A program made the position numbers and the translations under genes. From Camelus dromedarius (taxonomy: Eukaryota): a stretch of 64,000 nucleotides of DNA. Numbering within the stretch: position 1 is the stretch's first letter; each line of letters starts with the position of its first letter. The notes beneath the pieces were generated by a model. The model was not told the origin of the DNA. It searched no databases and saw nothing but the letters and a program-made list of their open reading frames with translations. Positions 1 through 12,310 of this stretch are shown here, piece after piece. Location of the stretch: positions 56,050,001 to 56,114,000 of the forward strand of contig NC_087437.1 in assembly GCF_036321535.1 (NCBI RefSeq). Direction: 5' to 3'.

Positions 1-304
1 ATACTATGTTATTTGGAGGTGGCACCTTTGGGAAGTGATTAGGTCATGAGGATGGAGCCCTCATAAATGAGATTAGTGCCCTTTTAAAAGAGACCCTGGG
101 GAGCTCCCTTGCTTTTCCACCATGTGAGGACAGCAGGAAGACAGGCTCTGAGAACCAGGAAGTGGGTTCTCATCAGACTCAGAACCTGCCAGTGCCTTGA
201 TCTTGGACTCTCCAGCTTCCAAAACTGTGAGAAATAAATTTCTGTTGTTTATAAGCCAGTCAGTTTATGATGATCTGTTATAGCTGCCCAAAGGGACTAA
301 GACA
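1..304 (+). mobile_element. MaLR LTR (MLT1A-like), 5' end cut by window
   Basis: Typical MLT1A motifs ATTAGGTCATGAG...GCCCTCAT, TTGATCTTGGACT...CCAGC, GAGAAATAAATTTCTGTTGTTTATAAGCC and the GACTAAGACA terminus. Confidence 0.85.
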
Positions 305-2808
305 ACTACCAAAGCTAGCCTCCCTAAATTTACTTCCAAACTCATTATACTGTTTACTCTGACCAATGGCATCACTAACTACATCATCACCCAAGGAGCA
401 AATGCTGACGTCATCGTCAACTACTCATTCCCCAAATTCAAACTGAATCTGTTTGACTCTAACATTCCTGACATGTCTTGTCCCCATTGCCTCCTCCTTT
501 TCCTCACATAGAGTCTCCTAATTGGTGTCACTGGAGAGTCTCTCCCTGGATGGATGGACAGCTCAAAGAGGAACCTCTGGAGAAAGAGCCAAGCATCTAC
601 GAAAGAACCTAAACACCACAGCATGAGGTGTCGGCTTCCCTGGGTATCACCTGGGGGCACTGCTGGCCTCCAGATGCCCAGCTCTTACTACCTCCCAACT
701 TGCAGCAGCCCTCCCGGTTTCCTCAGCTTGCATACAGCCTGGAGGGGATCCAGTACTCCAGCTTACACAGGAGAAACCTCAGAGTTGTTACACTCATGGC
801 TGTGCAGAGGCCTGAGGTCAAGCAATGAGACTGCAGTACACAAAGATTTCAGTTTCACAAATGGTTAGAACTAAGGAAATCATAGATCTGAACTCTTCTC
901 CTCAAAGGTCAAGTGGGACCAACTGTACCTCATTAAATGCCAGTCCAGGGTCCAAGTCACAGGACTCCATGAGGATAAGGACAAATCTCCCCTGCTACCA
1001 GGAAGTCACATAAACCCTCTCAAATACCCAGAAATAATTTCTATTATCCTGGAAAGGAGTATGGGGAGGAAAGAGAAGATCTGACAGATTGACAATTATC
1101 CCCAAAATACTGAACTATTTTAAACAGGTAAGACCAGAAAGGTATGAGATGTCATTAATTGGCAAGTAAAAGTCCCTCTCCGTGTCCCAGCCCCTGGACA
1201 GAAGTTAATGAGGAAGGTTAGACCTGTTATGAAACATAAGCTTCAACTTATTTGCACATATGAACAGAAAGTAAATGTGAAACCCCTACATGATAATCCA
1301 CTCTTTCTTGAACTCTGCAGACTCTAATCCATCTACCCAGACCCAGTTAAAGTCACCTCTTCTTATAAGGTCACAGTCATACAAATGCCACCAAAAGAAA
1401 GAACAAATTCCCTTTCTATGCATTTTCTGCAGCAGTCTGCAAGTACCTCTATAAAAATATTATTCAAATTGTATCACTACTCTTTAAAAACATTTATCAC
1501 CTGCTTTAATATAGATTCTTCAATGCAAGGTCAATGTCATCAGTCTGCACTGTTCTGCAAAATAAATTAAACATCTTAGAACGCTGCAGGAACTCAATAT
1601 TTGGTGAATAATAGATTAGTAATTTTAAACTCTTATCTATAAAATTCTATAATGCTCCCAATATTGTGGGCTTTTGTCAGTTGTGTTTTTGAAGATGATT
1701 CTTGGGTAGAAAATGAGCGGGAAGAAAGGGCAGGGAAGTGGAAAAAGAAGACAATGACAAAAATTTTCTGGATTTCTGTAGATTAAAGGGAGAAAGGACC
1801 ACCTCACAGTGTCACAGATAACTAATCTGAAAGACACTGAATTATATTTCATTAATAAATATTAGAAATAAAGACATTCGGTCCAGATGTTTAACAAAGT
1901 CTTCAAGTGACTGTCTTCTGACTCCTCAACACATGAATTACACTGTGAAAGTTTATTTTATCAAAGCTTATGTGCTAGATTTTCAACCTGATTTTATTCA
2001 AGATAAATTTAACAGAGACCAAACATAAAATTCCATATGAAACACATGGAAACAATCTTTATTTCAACAGATCTAGTCTCAGTTGCTGATAAGCATAAAA
2101 GTTAAAGCCATTTTTAAAGGAGTACTTTCTTGGGTCTTTGAAATGAATATCTCCTTTAAACATTTTTGGGATAAAAAATGTTATTTCCTCAGAATATTAA
2201 TATACTTAATATTGTATCTGAATAATCGTGCTGGGGGGAAAATCCCTGGGCAATACTGAGTGACATAACTATATTGGACCACATTAGAGATGTGAGATGT
2301 CTTGGGTGGAAGGGAGAGAAGGCAGATTCTTCAACAAGCTCAAAAGTTCCATATTTCTTTGCTGATCTGAAAAGCACTATGTGTGAACTAAACCCTCGCT
2401 TCTTTCTACACTGCTGGTGGGTAAAGAAAACATGTGGGTCTCTCTAATGTCTGGATTGTCAACAAAACTGAGCCAGGATTAGGGATAAAAGGCTAAAAAT
2501 TGCGTCTAGTATCATACCCTTCTCTTAGCTTATACTTGATAACTGCAATATTGGGGTGAAAATTAACATAGGAAACCAGGTCAGAAGAAGGGTAAAGGGA
2601 AATTAGTTTTTTTTCTCCCCTGAGTAACAGCTTTGGATCTGTGACAACGGCAAAGACTGATCTAAAGAGAGATCCCGGGGCTTGGATATCTTCTCAGTTT
2701 AAAAAAAAATAAGAATTTTTTTGTTGTTGTTAATGAGACTCATTTTTATTAAAATGAATATTTTTACATGGCATTTTTTACATATACGATTGCGAAGAAA
2801 AGAGTCCC

Positions 2809-3554
2809 TGTAATACTGGGGGGTGTTCAGGAATGAACCTCCTCCCACCGTGGAACGTGGATTATTTGACTCACCTGTACCACCCTCCAGCCTTCCTACC
2901 TGTGCACCTTCCCCAGCACCCAGAGCGTGTGAGAGCCACAGGGAACGGGAACCAGCTCTAGCTTTCTTACAAGTCTTCCCTGCACCTCTAGGGTCCCCGG
3001 GCAGATATTGGGGGCGCCACAGTCACACCACGTGCTCCAGCCCTTTATCTCCCAGGGCCCCTGCCACCACTGTTCTCACGCAATGATCAAGGAAGCTTCC
3101 AGCTTAGGGAATTAGGTGTTGAAGTTAATCTCATGGTTACTGGGGGAAAGCAGGTGGGAAGAGGTACATTTGGGAATCTGAGATTTGCAAGTCTTACCCA
3201 CTATAGATAAAAATAGATAAAAAACAAGTTTCTTCTGTATAGCACAGGGAACTATATTCAATGTCTTGCAGTAACCTTAATGAAAAAGAAAATGAAAAGG
3301 AATTTGTATATGTATATCCGTGACTGGGACATGTGGTACACCAGAAACTGACACATTATAACAGACTATTTTCAATAAAAAAAATGGGGTTTTCCTCCCT
3401 TTGATCAGCCTTCCTCCCATTCTTGGGGGTGTACTTTTCCTTTCTTTTTATATAAATCTTTTAAAATCTTTTGCTACACAACGCACTGTCCCCGGACTGC
3501 AGACTTGTCTTTCGGGTATAACCAGAACCAGCGTCTTTACCTTTTGGGGTAACA
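2809..3554 (+). mobile_element. ERV solo LTR-like element interrupted by an L1 3' end
   Basis: TGTAA start, R/U5-like segment after the L1 tail, and GGGGTAACA terminus. No clear TSD, so the 5' boundary is uncertain. Confidence 0.5.
3120..3384 (+). mobile_element. L1 3' terminal fragment (camelid/cetartiodactyl type)
   Basis: CTGTATAGCACAGGGAACTATATTCAA ... ACACCAGAAACTGACACATT ... CAATAAAAAAAA; same 3'UTR as the L1 at 53261-54060. Confidence 0.9.
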
Positions 3555-3568
3555 CAACCATTAAAAAA

Positions 3569-4037
3569 TGACACAGTAATTATCACCAAGATGGTGGAAG
3601 ATTCAACTCATGGTAGACCTTGAGCTTCAATATATGCTGATTGAAATGCAATAGCTGTTAAATGGCACTCCCACAGGTGCCAGGACCGTTTTAAGGCTGA
3701 CCATAAAAGGTCAAAGGGTGAGTGATGCCCAGTTCCTGGGCCCCTTCCCCAAAGTAGTTGGAATAACCCTCCCACTTGTTAGCATGTGAAGTTACGGAGC
3801 CCATGGAAGGTAACATCCCCCACACCCCGTGGCCACTCTCCCCTCTGAGTGAGACGGGCTGCACTCTGTCTGTGGAGTGTGTATCCACTTTTACCTTAAA
3901 CTGAGCACCCAACCCCCACACCTGGTGGCCTTTCTCTTGCCTTCTGAAACAGCCTGCACTCTGTCTACGGAGTAGGTATCTCTCTCAATAAATTTACTTT
4001 ACTCAAAAAAAGGAAAAAAGAAGAAAGGAAAAAAAAA
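3569..4037 (+). mobile_element. MER41-like ERV1 LTR U3-R with poly(A) tail
   Basis: MER41-like core (CCCACAGGTGCCA...CCCAGTTCC...GAATAACCCTCCCACTTGTTAGCAT), AATAAA at 3987-3992, then an A-rich tail from 4005 instead of U5. Confidence 0.65.
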
Positions 4038-5169
4038 TTCGAAGTAGTAGTTTGAAACAAGAGCCATATAGGATGGACCCCCATGTCCTGAGGCCAGATA
4101 ATTAAGAACTGCTTAATCTTTCCTTCCCCTTAACCTTCTCCCCACCCACCCCAACCCCACCCCCGCCCCCACCCCTGCCCTCCTAACCAGAGGCAGCACC
4201 GGGTGGATAATTCCTCCCGGCTCTAGAGGGAGATCACGAATGCTTAACTTCTTCCCCATCCTCTGCCTCCCCTCGTCCTGTACCTCGTCAGTGCAGGACG
4301 TAGCATTTACAGGAATAAGCCTTGGAGACATGGGAGGGACTCATGTCAGAAACTGGGAGACAAGTGCTTGGTTGTCACGCTGGGGCTTCCCAGCTCCGTG
4401 GAGTCATAATAATCTGGGCAGGCCAAGATGGGTGTCCAATTTGTGAGGTCTGTTCACGAAGGCTTGGAAACCACAGAGCTACCACCCTAGCGCAGTTTGG
4501 GCTTTCAATCCCGTATTTAGCACTACTATTGCCTGCTCCCACATCACATTTCAGTCACAGGGTGAGGAAATGATGAATGGGCCTTTGTGGGGAAGGCGTT
4601 CCAGGCCTGGCACAGTCTCAGTGGTTGGTGAGGTAAAGGACTTGTGGTCGGTGTCCGTGCCATCAAGGGGAAAGAATGTCCAGTCGATGACTCTCTCTGC
4701 CGCGGAGCATCAAGGGCCGGCTGGGGGAGCCCTCAGGATGGCTCCTCCTTTGCGCCCCAGCAGCGTCGCTCCCTTTCTCCTTAGGCATCAGGTCACACAC
4801 GTTTCTTCCCTCCAACATGGCTGTGTCCTCAAATAACTGGCAATTCCTTGAGAAGACAGCACGTGTTTCCTTTCCCTTTTTTTCCTTCTGGAAATATGTC
4901 AGGCTGAATGCTTACTGAGAACCAAATATTAATCTGGTAAAGAGACAAACATTTTACAGATCTAATTTGAACAGGTTTCACTCAGCAGATGGTAGACTTG
5001 AAAACTCTTTGCAGCCGTAGAAAACGGACTGTGCACGCAGTGGAGTCCCTCGCGGAGCACTGAGACACCTCCAGGGCTTTCTACAGGAGCCCCCTCTCAT
5101 TTGGAGGGCTTGACCCTGTTTCCTCTGTCTGAGGACCTCTCACTCATCTGAAAGGCGTAACTTCAGATT

Positions 5170-5376
5170 TGACTTCCCAGAGCAGTTCTCCTCGACTCAT
5201 CCAGAGTTACCCACTCCCTGAGAAGTACTCTCATAGCCCTTCCCGACTTCTATATTTACCACCGAGCTGTGTGTCTGTGCACCCCCTCCCAGGCTGTAAC
5301 CCTCTAAGACAGGGTCTGTCTTAAACAGACATCCTGTCATGTTTAGTATATGATGTTTGTTCTATAAATGAATTAA
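5170..5376 (+). mobile_element. L2 3' end fragment
   Basis: AGGCTGTAACCCTCTAAGACAGGG...TGTTTGTT...AATGAATT resembles the L2 terminus. Confidence 0.55.
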
Positions 5377-8300
5377 ATATTGAAGCTTTTATTTATTGTG
5401 CAAATGAAAAGGCATATTGGCCACAATTAAATCAAAAAGCTGGTAATCCAAAAACAGTATGTGTTGGCCTTCATACTAATTCTGATTTGAAGAGACAAAT
5501 CTACCTTCCAGGTCATGTTTACCGAGGGACAACCTTAAGCGTAAGTTTGCTGAATGCCTTCCTGTGTTAGGTAAAGCTTTCAGATGGAGGGAGGGGATTC
5601 TAAGAGTCACATCCACCATGTGGAAACACAAAGCCAACAGCTTTGTTACCTTAATAGTAACTCAATGAATACAAACTCTCAGTCTCATGCTTCTCCCTAA
5701 TTCACAGCTAATGAGATAATATTATAGGCTGTTCCCCAGTTCAGGAAAAGAAAGACAGCATTATTACAACAGGTGAACAGCACCACTGACAATTTAGATT
5801 AGAAAAAGGTGCACCTCAATATCTGTCAACAAGTGTTTGGCCCTATCGTATATACTTGTGTCAGATAACTTTTTTATGTAAAAGTTTAAGAGGAAATACG
5901 GCAGAAGCCAGACCCCTGACAAATAGGCGACTTGGATAATTGTGAAAAGAATGATGCTGAGTGAAGTTTTTAAAGAAGACACAGATCAGCAGAGGAAAAG
6001 AGCATCCTCACGTGATTAGAGCAAAAGGATGTTGGAAATTCAGTGTCTGTTACTGGCGTTTTGACATTCTCTGTGAAGTGGGGAAGGTGAGACACAAAGA
6101 GACTGGAACATTAAAGAAAACACTGTAGAAAAGGAAGAGACAAGCTGACCTGAGTTTTATGTGACATTGAGGACTTGCAGCCATGCTTCCCAGTGGGTCT
6201 CAGCCAGACTATATTCCTATCAAAGAGGAAATGCGTCCACTGGAATAGACTACAAGGATTGCATAGATATTCAGGGCAAGTTGCTACTACAGTAATCCCT
6301 GTACCATGTGTCACTTGGCACCAACTCTGTCAATCTTTGACTTGCTAAAAAGCAGAACCCTCTGACGAGAGAGCTGACTCACCAAAACTGCCGGTGCTTA
6401 AGAAAGACATAAAAATCAAGAAGATATTCCCACCAAGAGCTGCATCTCACTTACATGGCTATTTTTAAAAATAAGAAGAAGGGCAAAGGACTTCGGGCAT
6501 TTTTCCAAAGACAGAATGCTGTTCTGGTTATCTAACATTACAGAGCTTAAACTTGATTTATTAAGAGGATTATTCTTTCTGGAAGCCGGGATCTGAATGC
6601 TTTTTAGTCTTTCTGGTATGTGCCCTTCTGTTTTGGAAGCTCATTTATTTGAAGCAATAAATCATTCTATTTTATTTAAGTTAATTAAGTACAAATAACT
6701 AGACTTTAAAAGGGCAAAGAGGAACAGAAGTGACAAGGGAAAGTCACACCCTCTCTCCCTACCCTACTTTCTCTCCTATAGCTTGTGTTTTTGTTCACAG
6801 AATCACAATCCATCAGTTCCCCAGGCTCCAGATCTTGGCGTCAAGACTTAGCTCCTTCTTTCACCTTTACCTTCCTATCTACAAAAACAATACAAATGCC
6901 TATTAATCTCACTTTCTTCCTATCTCAACATGTGCCCTTTCTTCTGTCCCGACACACCATCCTAAATTCTGTCCCTTATCAAAACTTGCCTTAGTAATGT
7001 GGGAGATAAAGTTCTGCAGAGAATGAAGGATTACAGATTTGGGGACTATAAATGATTCTGGACATTAACTCTGAGAAAAAATATTCAGCAAAAAAGGCAG
7101 AAAACTGCTAAACAACACTAAAACCCCCTAGCTGTGAGCACACAGTGACAGCAAGTGGCAGACCTCAAAGGCATGGCCGTGTGACATTAGTCTACAGTGT
7201 TCAGCGAACAGGAGTTGAGCACTGGACAGTGTCAAGACAGAGAGTGAAGAAAGACTGCAGTCTTTCTTGCATTGCAAATGCCCATAAGCCCTCGAATAAG
7301 GGAATAGTTAAAGATGCTGTCCCTGGGGCTGGTTTGGACAAAAAGGTAAATAAAGAGAGGAGGAAAGGCCACCAAGAGAAGCCCTGAAGTACCAGAGAGC
7401 CAGTAAGGGCAGAATCAAGTCAAGACATGTGAGAAGATTAAAGGGAAAACTGTTAAAGCAATGGCCTGGAGATGGTTGAATTTGCAGAGGTTAGTAGTTG
7501 ACAAAAGCAAGGACAGTGATGAAACTACAAACCAGAAGCTGAAGTCAAGAAAGGTATCCAGGACCGGGGGAGGGGCTGGATCAGTAGAAGGCACTGGTGA
7601 GAATGCGGCAGGATGTGGGCATCAAAACAAGTGGCTGCACAACAAGGAGTGTTTATGTCCTTTGTTTTGTTTTGGTTTAAAATCACTGTCACCAGGATTA
7701 GCAGTAGATACGCTGGAAAGAATTGAAAGCTTGGTGGCTTTTTTGTAAGTGTAGCTAAACGCACCATGTGAATCTCATTCCATGAAAACTGAAGATTAAA
7801 TGCTGTAAGTTTATATTGTTCACTGTAAGATTCCACTGAAGTTATGCGAGTTTCCTTTCACATGATGAAAAAGTCACATCCTTTCCCCATTATCACCTCT
7901 GTTTCCAAGCAGAAAAATGGTGCATAAACCAAAATAATTTAGAGTAATTCTAAGAATTTCACAAACATCAGTACAGAGCAATGGCTAACAATCTGACATT
8001 CTGTTTAAGAACTGCGAATGTGCTGATTTGGCAGATTAACCTCAACTGGCTGCACCTGTGGGGCTACATACATTGCGGAAAACACTGAACAGCAGTCTAG
8101 TACTGATGCTATTCCTCCCACGCAGGAAAGCAAAATTGTGGACCACATCCTCACACTGACGTCCACATCCGTTTTGAGTTACAAGCAGGAAATCCAAGCC
8201 TCGAGCTACATCTCCTACAGAGCTTTCTTCAGCACTTCCATCCTAGCCTCGGGCTTCTTGCAGAAGGCACTACTTTGGGAAGTTATTTTCCATTTCCTTT

Positions 8301-9009
8301 GTGTATCTGGTGTCCTTCAGTTCTATGACCCCGGTTGTTGATGGCAACAAGAACAATTCTAGACAGATCTGTCCTAATTTATGAAACAGTGAACCAAATT
8401 TAGCAGTCAAGTAAAACAGTCCACTGATTCACATTTTCCCTGCAATTTCCTCAGAACCCAGGCCCAGAGCCAGAAGCACGGGGACAATGGTGGCCTCGGA
8501 AAGGCTGACTCAAGGTCAACGGTCCTGATGTAACAATTTGGTCATGCTTGAGTACAATACACCAACAACAGGAGGGTACTGGGTTCTTTGATGCTTTGCC
8601 CAACCTAAAATAGGAATTGATAAAGCTGGGATAATATGAAGCCACATCTCTGTAGTATTCTGTAATATACAAAGTACTTCTAAAGACACAAGAAAGAAAT
8701 AACTGTCCAATAAATCTACAAAGTAAGGAGACCAACTATAAATATACCACTTTTCTTCACCATCAGGAAAACCTTAGATTAAAGATGTAAAATTACTGGT
8801 CCAAAGTCATGCAGAAAGGAAATGAACGACCAGGACAATTATCCAGATTTCCTGACTGAGCATCCACAATTGTTTGGTTGTATCAGGACAATGCTGCCAT
8901 AGCCACGCCAACTCTAATCAATATCACAAGTCTGAAAACTTGTTAAAAGAATAGAGTCAGTATTTCCCAGAGTGTGATCCATTCGTTTTAACAGAAAAGT
9001 TAACATATG

Positions 9010-9250
9010 TTTCATGCTAAAGACTTGCCAGGCATATCTAAGCCCTTTACATGAATTAGCTTATTTAATCACCATAATATTTCTAGGAGTTGCTCATCTT
9101 ACAGACAGGAAAACTGAGACTTATTACCATGTTCCTTTTCCAGATGATAAAAGTGATTGATCAATTCTAGAGACATTAAATAACTTGCCCAAAGTTACAA
9201 AGCTATACATACAGAGGAACTTGAAGTGACCCGTGTCTCAAATCCAAACT
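9010..9250 (-). mobile_element. MIR SINE
   Basis: Antisense MIR core: TTTAATCACCATAA...TTACAGACAGGAAAACTGAG...TAAATAACTTGCCCAAAGTTACA. Confidence 0.75.
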
Positions 9251-10298
9251 CGTTCAGAGTCTACAAAATATAAAGAAATACTCCTCAGAATGATACAGTG
9301 TTCACCATTTTGCTTATAATTCCCAATATGAAAGAACAACAAACCCCACCCAAAAGTTTAAGAGCAGAGATTTAAGCTGAAATGTCTCTTGGACCACATA
9401 GTGAGAATGGACAAGAGATGGCTAAGTCCATGAAGATGTGACAACTTAGGGGAAACTCAATATCAAAAACAAGTTGTAACTTAACACCACTCAAGGGAAA
9501 GACATGTAAATATACCATGAAAGGCAAAAATCAAAACAACAACAAAAATGTGTGAAATGGTAGACTATCTCTTTCAACGTACTAGCTCAGATTCTGAAAA
9601 TCACATAGTCCTGTAGCTGATCAGAGAATGAAAGCCAGCACTGTATATCCATGTTTACACTGAGCATAAGTAGAATGTTTACAAATTAAATGCAAACATA
9701 CATCAAGAACTGGACAAATATAGTCAAGGTTCATACAACTGTCATCTCTCTGATGTGAAACGGACAATTGTGAGAATTACCCTGATGGCTCAAGGAAGAA
9801 AGTGAAGGAGTGTGGATTCCACCTCAGATGGGAACCGCTTTTGGGTGATCCCACGGTCAGCTGTGCCACTGTACTAGCTGTTGGCTGGAAACCGTATTCT
9901 CACACCCGGCCCCTCCCATGCTGTCACAGATCAGTGAGCCAGCCACCCAACGGGGTCAAAAGCTCCCACCTATTAAAGAAGGGTGACAAAGGGCTGAATT
10001 ATATCGCTTTAGCTTGGAAATACCGTGTATCAGAAAAGACAAAGACACAGAAGAGTGACATCATGAGGGCCTTGAAAAGGAAACTTACTGGGATTTATAG
10101 CTTTGTGGCTATAAAGCACTCTTCAAATCTGAACAGGGAGCAGCTGTGACATGTTGGCAAGAACACTGGCCTTGGGACCAGAAAAGCTCCACACTGTCAC
10201 AGCTCTGCCGTTTTCCTCAGGATCTGACTGGACAAACCATGGAACCTCAGCTCTCCCCGCAGGGCTCTCGTGAGGACGTAAGGACTGGGGTATGAACA

Positions 10299-10770
10299 TG
10301 TAACCCAGCAGGACCTGTGGGGCCTTCCAGGGTCAGACCTCTCCCCCATATCCTCTGCTGCAGCTCCTCTCTGAAGGACCCAGGTAATAGTGTCTCAAGT
10401 ATATTTCCTGAGTCTTTCAGATGCTAAAACCCACCATCAAAGGGAAGAAATTAACTACTTGATGATAGAGAGCTCATAGCACCCAGACCTCCTGGCGCCT
10501 GGGAGTTGACAGTGTTGGCCTCCATTACCTCAATATCAACCAATCAGAGATTGTGCAGGAGCTGATCGTGTACCCCGCAACCCCCTCCCTCACCTGGCCT
10601 TTAAATATGCTTTGCTGAAACCCTTCTGGGAGTTTGGGGTTTTCTTGGGCATGAACCACCCCATCCTCCTTGCTCGGTCCTGCAATAAACCTTTCTTGGC
10701 TCCAAACTCCAACATTTTGGTCTGTTTGGCCTCATGGTGAGGCAAGCACATGAATTTGCCTTCAGTAACA
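10299..10770 (+). mobile_element. Complete ERV solo LTR (472 bp, class I-like)
   Basis: TGTAAC...AGTAACA termini, 4-bp TSD AACA (10295-10298 / 10771-10774), CCAAT near 10540, TTTAAATA near 10600, AATAAA at 10684. Confidence 0.9.
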
Positions 10771-12134
10771 AACAGACTTGATGAATTTCCCAGCATGATG
10801 CAAACGTGAGAGTCGATTTTCCTCATTCCCACTGTAATTTTCACCACTCAGAAACAAAGAGAACCCAGTTCAGGAAGCTGAGTGCTGGGATATATTATGC
10901 ATGTCCTGACCCTGTCACTGATGTGCTGCATGACTTAAAGGAAGGAATTGCTCTGATTTTTCCAACACTGATTCTTTCCCTGCATTTGAATATCAGAAAT
11001 AATGATGCTGGCTTCTCACAGAGAATTCAGTAAAGAACTCAGTAAGAGACTGACTCATAAAACAAACATGCTATTGATAAAAAGAAAAAAAAATTAAACC
11101 CTAAGAAGGCATAGCCCTGATACAACTGCAGCCCTATGATCACGCCAGTTGTGACTTGCAAATTAATGAGACTCCCACTTACGACACTACGGGGCCCACT
11201 CAGATTCTCCTCGTGTGTTCACATTCCTTCACCTCTTTTCTGCATCATGAGTCACATCTAGAAAGTCTTCCTTGAAGGCCCAAATTTTCTTGCTCCTAAA
11301 TTTCCCACAAATGGCCAGATCATCTTTGGGAGCTTCTGTTATCATAGGAATTCAAAACAAGAAGCTGCAAATATTCTAACCATTGGCCTTATCAAACAAT
11401 TGCTGCTTCAAGTGTTGTTTTAAGCAACAGCTTCCACTCCCTACTCCCTGTCCCCCAGAGTAAAAGCATGCATGGGTCTGGAACGGATTAAAGGAAGTCA
11501 GAGATCTTAAAAACGGCCAGGACAAAAAGAAACTTCCACATACGCCCTCTTATGTCTGCACTGCCCACATTTGATTTATGTAAGCTCAAAAGCATTTGGA
11601 AAAATACTTTCAGGTCATATTATTAAACTTGATGGCCAGTATGGATATTGTCACTGCCCCCACCCTTAGGGTGGGAAAAAATAAAAGAGGTTTTTATTAA
11701 TACAGTAAAAGTAATTTTATGAGGTGAAACAATTTTATAAAGCATACATATTCCTTTAGGAATAAGAAGTTACTTGCTTTGACATTACATTTGTACAGAA
11801 CTCGAACGTTTTCAGATACTTTCCATGATCCTTACAGTTTACTTGTCCCATAGATGGGGTAAATATTAGCAGTATCCCCCACTTCAGAGAAAGGGAACAA
11901 CAGTTTTAAAGAAGTTAAACACTTTTCCAGGGATTTGTGGCATCAGTCTATTGTCTTGTAATCAGACCGTGTACCATTTATGATTTAAATGACACTAGAA
12001 TAGAGTTAATCTCATGTTACGCAATTGAAAATTAAGAGGTGAGGTCTGAAAATCACAGTCACAATTCTTCTTAGGTCACCTAAGCAAGATGTGAGGTGGA
12101 ATAATAGATGACAGATAGCCCATGAGAAAAATAA

Positions 12135-12310
12135 CAGCGACAATGTAGCATCAGCAACAATGACTATTTACTGAGTGCTGCTGCTGCGAGGCAAGCGCGG
12201 CTGCTGTGCCAGGTGCCTGACGGGTATTCATCCATGAAATCCTCACAACCCCCCTATGACTTAACCCTGTTTTAAAGACAGAGACTTCACGTAACTTGCT
12301 GAAGGTCTTT
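12135..12310 (-). mobile_element. MIR SINE
   Basis: TATTTACTGAGTGCT...TGTGCCAGG...AATCCTCACAAC...GTAACTTGCTGAAGGTC. Confidence 0.7.
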
